This document shows positions 26,188 to 37,645 of a stretch of 64,000 nt of DNA, piece after piece; the first letter of the stretch is position 1, and every line of letters starts with the position of its first letter. The notes under the pieces are model-generated. The model had not been told where the DNA came from. It searched no databases and saw only the letters and a list, made by a program, of their open reading frames with translations. The stretch comes from Octopus vulgaris (Eukaryota). The stretch spans positions 106,082,001 to 106,146,000 of the forward strand of contig OX597818.1 of NCBI GenBank assembly GCA_951406725.2, read 5' to 3'. The position numbers and the translations under genes were made by a program.

Positions 26188-28010
26188 CATCATCATCATT
26201 AAATGCCCATTGTCTATGCTGGTATGGGTTGAATGGTTTGACCAGAACTGGCAAACTGGAAAGCTGCACCAGACTCTAGTCTGATTAGGCATGGTTTCTA
26301 ATGCTAACCATTTTACAGAATATGCTGGGTGCTTTTATGTGGCACTGCACTGGCACTTTACATGGCACCATCATGAGTATTTTCACCATCAGAGGAACCA
26401 GTCTTAAAATTTCTGCTGCAGAGTACAGGTCTTCTTGAGTACAACAAGGTGCCAGGCATCATGGTCCTTTGTCATCTCACCTGAAAGGTCATTCTTCAGT
26501 ATTCCATCCCATGTCTTCTTGGGTCTCCTGTTTCCACATGTTCCATCTGCTTTGAGAGATCAGCACTTCTTTATGGAGTTGTCAGCATCCATCCACATCA
26601 CATGACCAAGCCAGCAGTCTTCTCTCTTGCACACAGCAGCTAATTCCTTTTATGCCTAACTTCTCTCTCAAAACACTAGCACTCTGTCAAATATGTACAC
26701 TTACATTACACAGTCCCTTGTGGTGCTCTGCTCTCTCTCATGTTGCAGACTCATGGCGCATGACACTCCTGCAGTGCCAAATGAAACCTTCACCACACTT
26801 AGTTGGTCTTCCTCGTCCATCTCAAGGTACAGTGCCAGTGTCCTTCCCTCCAGGTACAGGGCCATGAGACTCGCTACATCATCAATGCCTTGTAACCTGG
26901 CCACTACTTTGATCTTACAGATCCAGGCCACCTTATCTCCGCCACCATAGAAAGGTCCAATGGCATCACTGCTGATCCTTATGTTCACTGCCATCACGTG
27001 GAAGGAGATAACAATAGAGAAATATACTTTTACTCGATTGCCAAAATAACATGTTGTGCAAAGGGAAAATAAGAAACAATTCACCTACCATCTCGTTGTT
27101 TTGCTGTGCAGCTGCACTCAATCCAAAATTCATGCCTAGCTTGTGCACCTAACAATAGCAGCTGCTAGTGCCCATCCCAATCAGCTTGCTCATCTCACAA
27201 CTGCTCATTGTGAGAACCCAAAGTGAAACAGGTTGGCCACTGGTCTTCCTTCTCTCACTTCCTCTCGCACTCTTCCTGTTCCGGTCAAGCCCCTTGACCA
27301 TTGACATCACAGCCATTTCCTTCCGGCTCATCTCATCCCCACACCTTCTCATGTCCTCTGCATCCAGGGTCCATGTCTCACTATCATGTAGAATTGTTGT
27401 CCATATACATGCATCATACAGTCTTGCTTTCACCTGGAGAGAGAAGCCTTTCATGGCCAACAGAGGTAACAGTTTTTTTGAATATCCTCCATCCTATTTT
27501 TATTCTAGCTATCACACACTCCATGCAGCCTCTCCTACTACTTATTTGGTCCCCTTAGTAGCAGAAGTTATCTACTACCTCGAGTGAGCCACCAGGGCAT
27601 GTGAGAGAATCAATTTTCTGAGTCGTTAAAATTTTTATGGATCCTATGCATCTTCCATGTATGAAAACCATCTTCTCTGATAACCTTCCTACTAATCCAC
27701 TGCAGTTTTTGTGTGTCCATAGGTACTAGATACACTGTATAGAGTTGCTGCCTACACCTTTCCTACAAATCAAACAGGGCCACCTACCTGAGTGGGGTAG
27801 GGTCCTGTCAGTTTTCTTGCTTACTTGGACCTTAGTCGTTGCTATATTAACCTTAAAGTGCTTAGATTCTGGGTTTTGATTCCACACCTGGAATTTTTCA
27901 TCTAGCTCTGATCTGGAATCAGCTATGAGGGCAAAATCGCCAGCATATAGTAGTTGCCAGGGACTGCCCGTCTTGAATCCCTCTGTTTTGACATGGAGGA
28001 CAATGATGAA
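26188..28010 (-). mobile_element. Degenerate RTE LINE 3' half, interrupted by a Gypsy fragment
   Basis: (CAT)n tail; KARLYDACIWTTILHDSETW; WPCLIC and HKNC of the zinc finger; YAGD-like motif near 27945. Confidence 0.85.
26713..27343 (-). mobile_element. Gypsy-type LTR plus PBS plus gag N-terminus (truncated)
   Basis: LTR TGTGGGGA...TCCTTCCACG (27343-26997), PBS-like TGATGGCAGTG, gag-like PFYGGGDKVAWICKIKVVARLQGIDDVASLMALYLEG. Begins exactly where the RTE frame (AEDMRR) breaks. Confidence 0.75.
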
Positions 28011-29107
28011 AAGGAGAGGACTGACAGAGTGTCCAAGTTATTTTTCAAATTTTTCAAACACAGTTTATACTAGGACTATGTTATCACAAGTGATCTTCAC
28101 TTTTTTCGTAGATAGTAGAGCATGATATTAGCGATATTTAGATTCTATTTTTAACAAATTGAGACTCACCTGCCTAATTTTTTAAGGATCTACTTGTGGC
28201 CAGCAAAACTTTTAAAACAAATAGGTGCAGACAAGCAAGATGGGTTGGGTTAGGGCAATGTACTTCCTCATTTAGAAATGCCAACACCTAATTGATGTAA
28301 ACACCATTCATAAATTCAGGTCATGTTAAATGGAAATTTGATTATGAACATTTGCATAAATATGCTAAGGCCACACACACAGACACAGTTGCCCTAAATG
28401 TAAGATTATATATATATATAGAATTACTTTTTAATAAAAAAAAATAATAATAAAATATAACAATATAGCCTTTTCTTGCTTTCATCTATTTTTGTTATTA
28501 CATATATTTATTTAAATTTTGATTATTGATCAGAAATGCTGTTACTTTTTTGATCAATAGTTTTTTTCCTAGCAGCAGTTTCTGGTAAATTTCCATAAAT
28601 TTTTGATGAATGTCCAACAATAGTATCAACATTTCAAATCCTAAGGCTTTTTAAATTCAACATATCTGTGCATCTACAGAAAGATTTGAAATCATGGCTC
28701 TCAGATTAAAAGTCAGATATTCTATTGACTACCTTATGTAGGTGGAGACCAAACCATAAATTTCAAGGAATCAGAGGAAACTGGTGAAGGCCTGTGTACA
28801 CAATAACACTTAATCCAAAAGAGAGACTATAAACAATAAAGGTTTAACTGCACAATTATGATCCCTGATTTTGTTTCCTCATAACTTTCTGAAAAATCTT
28901 TATCTTTTCTCTTTTACTATGGCCAAGCTGGGGCACTGCCTTGAATTTTTTGTGGAATGAATCAACATCAGTACTTTTTTTAAAGTCTGATACTGATTCT
29001 ATTGGTCTCTTTTGCCATACCACTAAATTACAAGGATGTAAACACATCACCAGTTGTCAAGGGGTGTTGGGGATCAAACAGACCCCCCCCATATATATAT
29101 ATATATA

Positions 29108-29254
29108 TGTTGGTAAAAATGGTAAGATAATAAAAGAAAGAAAGAAACCTCAATATTATGTAAATAGAGGAAATTATATAGATTCATTTGTACACGTGTG
29201 TGAATATGTATGAGTGGGCAGTTTTAGATGTGTGCGTGTGTGCGGGCATAAGAA

Positions 29255-29299
<45 letters not shown>

Positions 29300-29922
29300 G
29301 TTTTTACTTAGTATTTTTCCTTTTTTTTTATAGTTTTTTTTGGTGGGGGGCATATGTATATTCATTTTTTGTATATGCGTGTGTGTGTATGCTTATATAA
29401 ACATGTGTGGGTATGTACATATATGGGCGTGTGTGTGTATGAGTGCATAAGGGCATGTCCGTATATGAACGTGGTTTTTATGCTTTGTATACTTCCTTAT
29501 GTTTTTTTTCTGTTACCTTTAACCATGGTTTTTCTTGTGTTTGTGCGTATATAGACGTATGTATGAACTTTTACGGTATGCGTGTATGTGTATGAGTTTG
29601 TATATATATGCGTATATATTTGGCGAAAAATGTGAGTGAAGATGTGTACATTTTCATAGTGACGTATAAGTACGCACGTGGGTCCGTGAGCGCACATGTG
29701 AGCGTATGACTAGCCATGTTTACGTGTTTACTATGAACTTTTAATCTAATTTTATATAAGTAGCAGAATTATAACACAGTAATTTTCCTTTATATAACGG
29801 TATTTTTTCATAGCATTTTTCAGATGGCCAGATAACCGAAGAGATGGTGTTGTGGATTTCCACTTCGGCTTCTGAAACTCAGAGTTTTATCTTGACTATT
29901 TAGTAATTGTAACATATTATTT
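29108..29922 (+). mobile_element. Probable Penelope-like element terminal fragment
   Basis: Lies between TA tracts and ends with a minimal hammerhead-like motif (29830-29892). No RT sequence seen. Confidence 0.5.
29830..29892 (+). ncRNA. Type I hammerhead-like motif with variant core
   Basis: Stem I AGATAA/TTATCT, core CCGAAGA, GAAA at 29874-77, stem III ACTC-A-GAGT, GUU triplet. Confidence 0.6.
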
Positions 29923-29942
29923 TATATATATATATATATATA

Positions 29943-30490
29943 TATAGCAGATACCGTTGGCTGTTCAAGTGCGTGTTATTCAATAGAAAAACAGAATGAA
30001 TCACCATAAGACATTTTTGTGTATAAATATATTGTTTATTCCGTGTTCATCTTTTGTGGTGGAAGCATGTAGTATAATTCAAAAACATGTGTGTTTATAT
30101 ACAAAGAAAGTTTTGATTTTTGTTTTTGCACTGAAAGAAGTAACATATGATATTTATATTACAGTATGTGTGCATGTGTGTAAAGAGAACAATTATTTTG
30201 AGAACGTGTGTGTGATAAAATATCTTTGTTTATGAACCATATATCTTGTGTTGAGGTGAATAGACATTCTGCATGGAGCTGCAGAGAAGACATGTGTCTT
30301 TGACCGAAACCTGGCAGGAACTGAAAGTTTTCTACAGTGTAGCTCAGAATGAGGCTGCTGTCTTAGAACGAGTCTACTGTATGAAAGTGGGGCTAGTGTA
30401 TCAAAGCGAGGTTAGCTGTCTTATTGATATTATTTGTCTGCTGTGCAGGTCGACTCACATATTACTATTGTAATATGTAGCTCTGCTACA
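29943..30490. mobile_element. Probable solo LTR
   Basis: Inverted termini TATAGCAGA ... TCTGCTACA (TG mutated to TA), flanked by TATA inside the SINE microsatellite. Confidence 0.6.
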
Positions 30491-30757
30491 TATACAACAG
30501 GTTTCTTTCATTTTCAATCTACCAAATCCACTCACAAGGTTTTGGTTGGCCCGAGGCTATAGTAAATATCACTGGCCCAAGGTACCATACAATGGGACTC
30601 AACTCGAATGTAATTTTCTACAAATAATTTTCAAATGATGTAGATAAAAAATGTACTGGAATTTGTTGGACAAAAATTTTTCAGACAAGGGAAGAGGAGT
30701 TTCAATCAATTCACACATCTTGACTTCTCATGTGTGATGAAAATATCTGATATATAC

Positions 30758-33700
30758 ATCAAATATTTTCATCAAACATTTTCAACAGATATTTTCATCA
30801 AACATTTACATCAAACATTTTCATCAATTATTTTAATCAAACATTTCATCATACACATTCATCAAACATTTTTCATCAGATATATTCCTCAAAAATTTTC
30901 ATCACACATTTTCATCAAATATTATATCACCCATTTTAATCAGGCATTTTCATCAAACATTTTCATCAGACATTTTCAGCAAACATTTTCATCAGACTTT
31001 TTCACCAAATATTTTCAAACATTTTCATCAAATATTTTCATCAGACATTTTCATTAGATATTTTCTTCAAGCATTTTCAGATATTTTCATCAGACATTTT
31101 TCAAAACATTTTTCATCAGACATTTTTATAAAATATTTTCATCAGACATAGATAATTTCATGAAACATCTCATACAAACGTTTTCATCAAATAATTTCAT
31201 CAAACATTTTTGTGAGACATTTTCATGAACATTTCTCATTGGATATTTTCATGAAACGTTTTCATCAAATATTTTCATCAAACATTTTTCATCAGACATT
31301 TTCATCAAGTATTTTCATCAAACATTTTCATCAGACATTTTCTTCAAACATTTTCATCAAACATTTTAATCAGACATTTTCATCAGACATTTTAATCAAA
31401 CATTTCATTAAACATTTTCATCAGATATTTTCATCAGACATTTTCATGAAACATTCCATCAAGCATTATCACACAACATTTTCATCAGACATTTTCATGA
31501 AACATTATTCATCAGACATTTTAATCAAACATTTTCATGAAAATCTTTCATCAAACATTCATCAGACATTTTCATCAAACATTTTCATCAAGTATTTTCA
31601 CCAAATATTTTTATCAGATATTTTAATCAAACATCTTCATTAGATATTTTAAACAGACATTTTCATCAAAGAGATTCTGAAAACAGACATTTTCATCAAA
31701 CATGTCCATCAAAAATTTACAGACATTTTCATGAAACATTTCCATCAAACATTTTCATGAGACATTTTCATGAACATTAGATATTTTTATCAAGAATTTT
31801 CATCAAACGTTTTCATCAAATATTTTCATCAAACATTTTAATCAAACATTTCATTAAACATTTTCATGAAACATTTTCCATCAGACATTTTCATGAAACA
31901 TTTCAACAAACATTTTCATCCGACATTTTCATCAAACATATTCATCAGACATTTTCATCAAACATATTCATCAGACATTTTCTTCAAACATTTTCACCAA
32001 ACATTTTTATCAGACACTTTCATCAAACATATTTCATCAAACATTTTCATCCAACATTTCAAAACATTTTCATCAGAACATTTCTCATTAGATATTTTCA
32101 TCAGACATTTTCATGAAACATTTCATCAAACGATTTCTGGAAGCATTTTCATCAAACATTTTCATCAGACATTTTCATTAGATATTTTCTTCAAACATTT
32201 TTATCAAAGATTTTCATGAAAAATTTTCATCAGACATTTAAAAAAAATTTTCATCAGACATTTTTACAAAATATTTTCATCAGACATTTTCATCATATAA
32301 TTTCATGAAACAATTCATCAAATATTTTCATCAAACATTTTCATCAGACATTTTCCTCAAACATTTTCATCAGACATTTAAAAAATTTTTTTTCATCAGA
32401 CAATTTTACAAAATATTTTCAGACATTTTCATCATATAATTTCATGAAACATTTCATCAAATAATTTTCAAACATTTTCATCAGTCATTTTCTTCAAACA
32501 TGTTCCTCAAACATTTTCATCAGACATTTTCATCACAATTTTTCATAAAATATTTTCAAACATTTTCATGAGACATTTTCATCAAACAATTTCATCAGAC
32601 ATTTTCATGAACATTTCTCAGATATTTTTATCAAGAATTTTCATCAGACATTTTCATGAAACATTTCATCAAACGTTTTCATCAAATATTTTCATCAAAT
32701 ATTTTCAAAAAAATTGTTCATGAAACATTTCATGAAACGTTTTCATCAAATATTTTCATCAAACATTTTCATCAGACATTTTCTTCAAACATGTTCCTCA
32801 AACATTTTCATCAGACATTTTCAGCAAACATTTTCATCACAATTTTTCATAAAATATTTTCATCAAACATTTTCATGAGACATTTTCATGAAACAATTTC
32901 ATCAGGCATTTTCATGAACATTTCTCTTTAGATATTTTTATCAAGAATTTTCATCAGACATTTTCATGAAACATTTCATCAAACGTTTTTATCAAACATC
33001 TTCATCAGACATTTTCTTCAAACATTTTCATCAAACATTTTCATCAGACATTTTCAAATATTTTCATCAAAAGTTTTTATCAAAGATTTTCATCAAACAC
33101 TTTCATCAGACATTTTCATCAAACATATTCATCAGACATTTTCATCAAATATGTTCATCAGACATTTTAATCAAACATTATAATCAGACATGTTCATAAA
33201 ACAATTTCATCACAATTTTTCATCAAATATTTTCATCAAACATTTTCAGACATTTTCATCAAACATGTTTCTCAAATATTTTCATCAGACATTTAAAAAA
33301 TTTTTTTTCATCAGACAATTTAAAAAAATTTTTTTCATCAGACAATTTTACAAAATATTTTCATCAGACATTTTCATCATATAATTCCATGAAACATTTC
33401 ATCAAATAATTTTCAAACATTTTCATCAGTCATTTTCTTCAAACATGTTCCTCAAACATTTTCATGAGACATTTTCATCACAATTTTTCATAAAATATTT
33501 TCATCAAACATTTTCATCAAACAATTTCATCAGACATTTTCATGAACATTTCTCAGATATTTTTATCAAGAATTTCCATCAGACATTTTCATGAAACATT
33601 TTCATGAAACATTTCATCAAACGTTTTCATCAAATATTTTCATCAAACATCTTCATCAGATATTTTCATCAAACATGTTCATCAGACATTTTAATCAAAC

Positions 33701-34319
33701 ATTATAATCAGACATGTTCATAAAACATTTTCATTACAATTTTTCATCAAACATTTTCATCAGACATTTTTCAAAACATTTTCATCAGACATGTTTATAA
33801 AATATTTTCATAAGACAGTCATTAAATATTTTCATGAAACATTTCATCAAACGTTTTCATCAAATAATTTCATCACACATTTTCATCCAACGTTTTCATC
33901 AGATAGTTTCAGACAATTTCATGAACATTTCTCATTAGATATTTTTATCAAGAATTTTCATCAGATATTTTCATGAAACATTTTCATGAATCATTTAGTC
34001 AAACGATTTCATCAAACATTTTCAGGAAACATTTTCATCAGACATTTTCTTCAAATATTTCCATCAAACTTTTTCCTCAGACATTTTCAGCAAACATTTT
34101 CATCACACGTTTTCATCAAACATTTTCATCAGACATTTTCATTAGATATTTTCTTCAAACATTTTCATCAGACATTTTAACCAAACATTTTCATCAGACA
34201 TTTTCATCAAACATTTTAATAAAACATTTTCATCAAACAATTTCAACAGACATTTTCATGAACATTTCTCATTAGATATTTTTATCAAGAATTTTAATCA
34301 GACATTTTCATGAAACATT
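30758..34319. repeat. 13-bp AT-rich satellite (CATTTTCATCARA)n with higher-order structure
   Basis: Direct reading, roughly 270 degenerate units. It generates all the KHFHQTFSS ORFs. Confidence 0.97.
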
Positions 34320-36378
34320 TAACCCTAACCCTAACCCTTACCTTAACCCTAATTTTAACACTAACCCTAACCATAATCCAAACCCTAACCCTAACTACTA
34401 ACCCTAAACCTAACCCTAACCCGAACCCTAACCCTAATTCTAACCCTAACCCGAAACCTAACAATAACCCTAACCCTAACCATAATCCTAACCCTAACCG
34501 TAACCGAAACCCTAACCCCAACCCTAAACCTAATCCAAACCCTAACCGTAACCCTAACCCTAATTGTAACCCTAAACCCTAACCCTCACCCTAAACCTAA
34601 CCCTATACCTAACCCTAAACCAAACCCTAACCCTAACACTCACCTTAACCCTAACCCGAACCCTAACCCTAACTTAACCCCTAATGCTAACACTAACCCT
34701 ATCCATAACCCTAAACCTAACCCCAACCCTAACTCTAAACCTAATTGTAACCTTAACCCTAACCTTAAATCTAACCGTAACCCTAAACCAAACCCTAACC
34801 CTAACCCTGACCCTAAACCTAACCCTGACCCTAAACCCTTACCCTAACGCTAACCCTAACCCTATTCCTAACCCTAACCCTAGCCCTAAACCTACCCCTA
34901 ACCCTACCCCTAAAGCCAGCCGTAGCCCTAGTTCTAGCCGTAGCCCTAGATCTAGCCCTAACCCTAGTTCTAGCCCTATCCCTAACGCTAACCCTACACC
35001 TAACCCTAACCATAACCCAATCCCAAACCCTAACCCTAATCCTAACCCTAAACCTAAGCCTAACACTAACCCTAAACCTAACCCTAACCCTAATGCTAAC
35101 CCTAACTCTAACCCTAGCCCTAAACCTACCCCTAAATCTAGCCATAGCCCTAGTTCTAGCCCTATCCCTAACCTCAACGCTAACCCCAACCTCAACCCTA
35201 ACCCTAACCCGAATCTTAACCGTAACCGTAACCCTAAACGTAACCATAACCCTAACCCTGACCCTAACCCTTACCCTAACCTTAACCCTAACCATAACCC
35301 TACACCTAACCCTAACCATAAGCCAAACCCTAACCCTAACCCCAACCTTAACCCTAAACCTAACCGTCACCAGAATCCAAACCCTAACCCTAGCGCTAAC
35401 CCTAACCCTAGCCCTAAACCTACCCTAACCCTCCCCTTAAAGCTAGCCCTAGCCCTAGTTCTAGCCCTATCCCTAGTTCTAGCCCTATCCCTAACCGTAA
35501 CCATAATACTAACCCTAACCCAAACCCTAGCCCTAGCCCTAGCTCTAACCCTAATCCTAACACTAACCCTAACCTTAACCCTAACCCTAACCCTAACCAT
35601 AAGCCAAACCCTAACCCTAACCGGAATCCAAATCCTAACCCTAATGCTAACACTAACCCTAGCCCTAAACCTACCCCTAAAGCTAGCCCTAGCCCTAACC
35701 CTAGTTCTAGCCCTATCCCTAGCCCTACACCTAACCCTAACTGTAACCATAATACTAACCCTACACCTAACCCTAACCCTAATCCTAACACTAACCCTAA
35801 TCCTAACCATAACCCTAACCCTACCCCTAAACCTAGCCCTAACCCTAACCCTAACCCCAACCTTAACCCTAAACTTAATTGTATCCCTAACCCTAACCCA
35901 AACCTTAACCCTAACCGTAGCCATAACCCTAAACCAAACCCTAACCCTAACCCTAAATCTAACTCTACCCCAACCCCTAACGCTAACCCTATCCATAACC
36001 CTAACCCTAACCCTGAACCTAACCCTAAAGCTTACCCTAACCCTAACCCTAACCCTAACCGTTACATTAACCCCAACCCTAAACCTAACCCTAACCCAAA
36101 ACCTAACCCTAACCTAAACCCTAACCCAATCCCTAATCCTAGCCCTAAACCTAACCCTAACCTATCCTGAAACCTAACCCTAACCCTATCCCTAAACCAA
36201 ACCGTAGCCCTAAACCTAACCCTAAACCTAATCTAACCCTAACCTTAACACTAACCCTAGCCCTAACGCTAACATTTAACCTAACCCCAACCCTAACCCT
36301 AAACCCAACCCAACCCTAACCCTTAACCCCAACCATAACCCCTAACCCCACCCTAACCCCTAACTCTAACTCTAGCCC
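34320..36378 (-). repeat. Interstitial degenerate telomeric array (TTAGGG)n on the minus strand
   Basis: Roughly 340 CCCTAA units with variants CCCTAG, CCGTAA, CCATAA, ACCTAA, TTCTAG. Confidence 0.97.
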
Positions 36379-37626
36379 AAAGATATCAAAGAGTGTGCCG
36401 AAAGAGATCAAAGAGTGTGCCGAAAGAGATAAAAGAGGGTGCCGAAAGAGATCAAAGAGGGTGCCAAAAGAGATCAAAGAGGGTGCCGAAAGAGATCAAA
36501 GAAGGTGCCGAAAGACATCAAAGAGAAGTCCCGAAAGAGATAAAAAAAGGTGCCGCAAGAGAGGAAAGAGATCAATATGGGTACCGAAAGAGATCAAAGA
36601 CGGTGCCGAAAAAGATAAAACAGGGTGCCAAAAGAGATAAAACAGGGTACCAAAAGAGATAAAAGAGGGTGCCGAAAGAAATCAAAGAGGAGTCCCGAAA
36701 GTGATAAAAGAGGGTGCCGAAAGAGATAAAAGAGGGTACCAAAAGAGATAAAAGAGGGTGCCGAAAGAGATCAAAGAGGAGTCCCGAAAGTGATAAAAGA
36801 GGGTGCCGAAAGAGATCAAAGCGGGTGCCGAAAGAGATCAAAGCGGGTTCCGAAAGACATCAAAGCGGGTGACGAAAGTCATCAAAGAAGGTACCGAAAG
36901 GGATCAAAGAAGGTGCCGTAAGACATCAAAGAGGATGCCGAAAGAGATAAAAGAGGAGTCCCGAAAGAGGCCGAAGAGTGTGCCGAAAGAGATCAAAGAG
37001 GGTGCCGAAAGAGATCAAAGAGGAGTCCCTAAAGAGATGAAAGAGGGTGCCGAATAAGATCAAAGAGGGTGCCGAAAGAGATCAAAGAGGAATCCCGTAA
37101 GAGAGCAAAGGGGGTCCTGAAAGAGATCAAAGAGGGTGCCGAAAAAGATCAGAGAGGGTGCCGAAAGAGATCAAAGAGGAGTCCCGAAAGAGATCAAAGA
37201 GGGTGCCGAAAGAGATCAAAGACGGTGCCGAAAGAGATCAAAGCGTGTCCCGAAAGAGATCAAACAGGAGTCCCGAAAGAGATCAAATTGGGTACCGAAA
37301 GAGATCGAAGAGTGTGCCGAAAGAGATCAAAGAGGAGTCCCCAAAGAGATCAAATAGGGTGCCGAATAAGATCAAAGAGGGTGCCGAAAGAGATCAAAGA
37401 GGAATCCCGTAAGAGAACAAAGGGGGTCCTGAAAGAGATCAAAGAGGGTCCCGAAAGAGATCAAAGAGTGTGCCGAAAGGGATCAAAGAGGAGTCCCGGA
37501 AGAGGTCAAAGAGGGTGCCGAAAGAGATCAAAGAGGGTGCCAAAAGAGATCAAAGAGGGTGCCGAAAGAAATCAAAGAGTGTGCCGAAAGTGATCACAGA
37601 GGGTGCCGAAGGAGATCAAAGAGGGT
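36379..37626. repeat. 22-bp purine-rich satellite (GAGGGTGCCGAAAGAGATCAAA)n
   Basis: Direct reading, roughly 57 units; bounded by CCCTAA repeats on both sides. Confidence 0.97.
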
Positions 37627-37645
37627 CCCTAAACCTAACCCTAAC
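37627..37645 (-). repeat. Short telomeric run
   Basis: ccctaaacctaaccctaac. Confidence 0.85.

Larger units (their letters stand above)
28905..30610 (-). mobile_element. CORE-type SINE split at its central TA tract by two insertions
   Basis: 3' half at 28905-29090 and 5' half at 30491-30610 match 19791-20200 in reverse complement. Confidence 0.75.

Noticed and set aside
34684-36117. 477-aa ORF, the longest in the window
   Set aside because: It is the LTLTLT/NPNP translation of CCCTAA repeats, not a gene.
34320-36378. Head-to-head telomere-telomere fusion site
   Set aside because: Only one orientation is present; no TTAGGG array on the plus strand.
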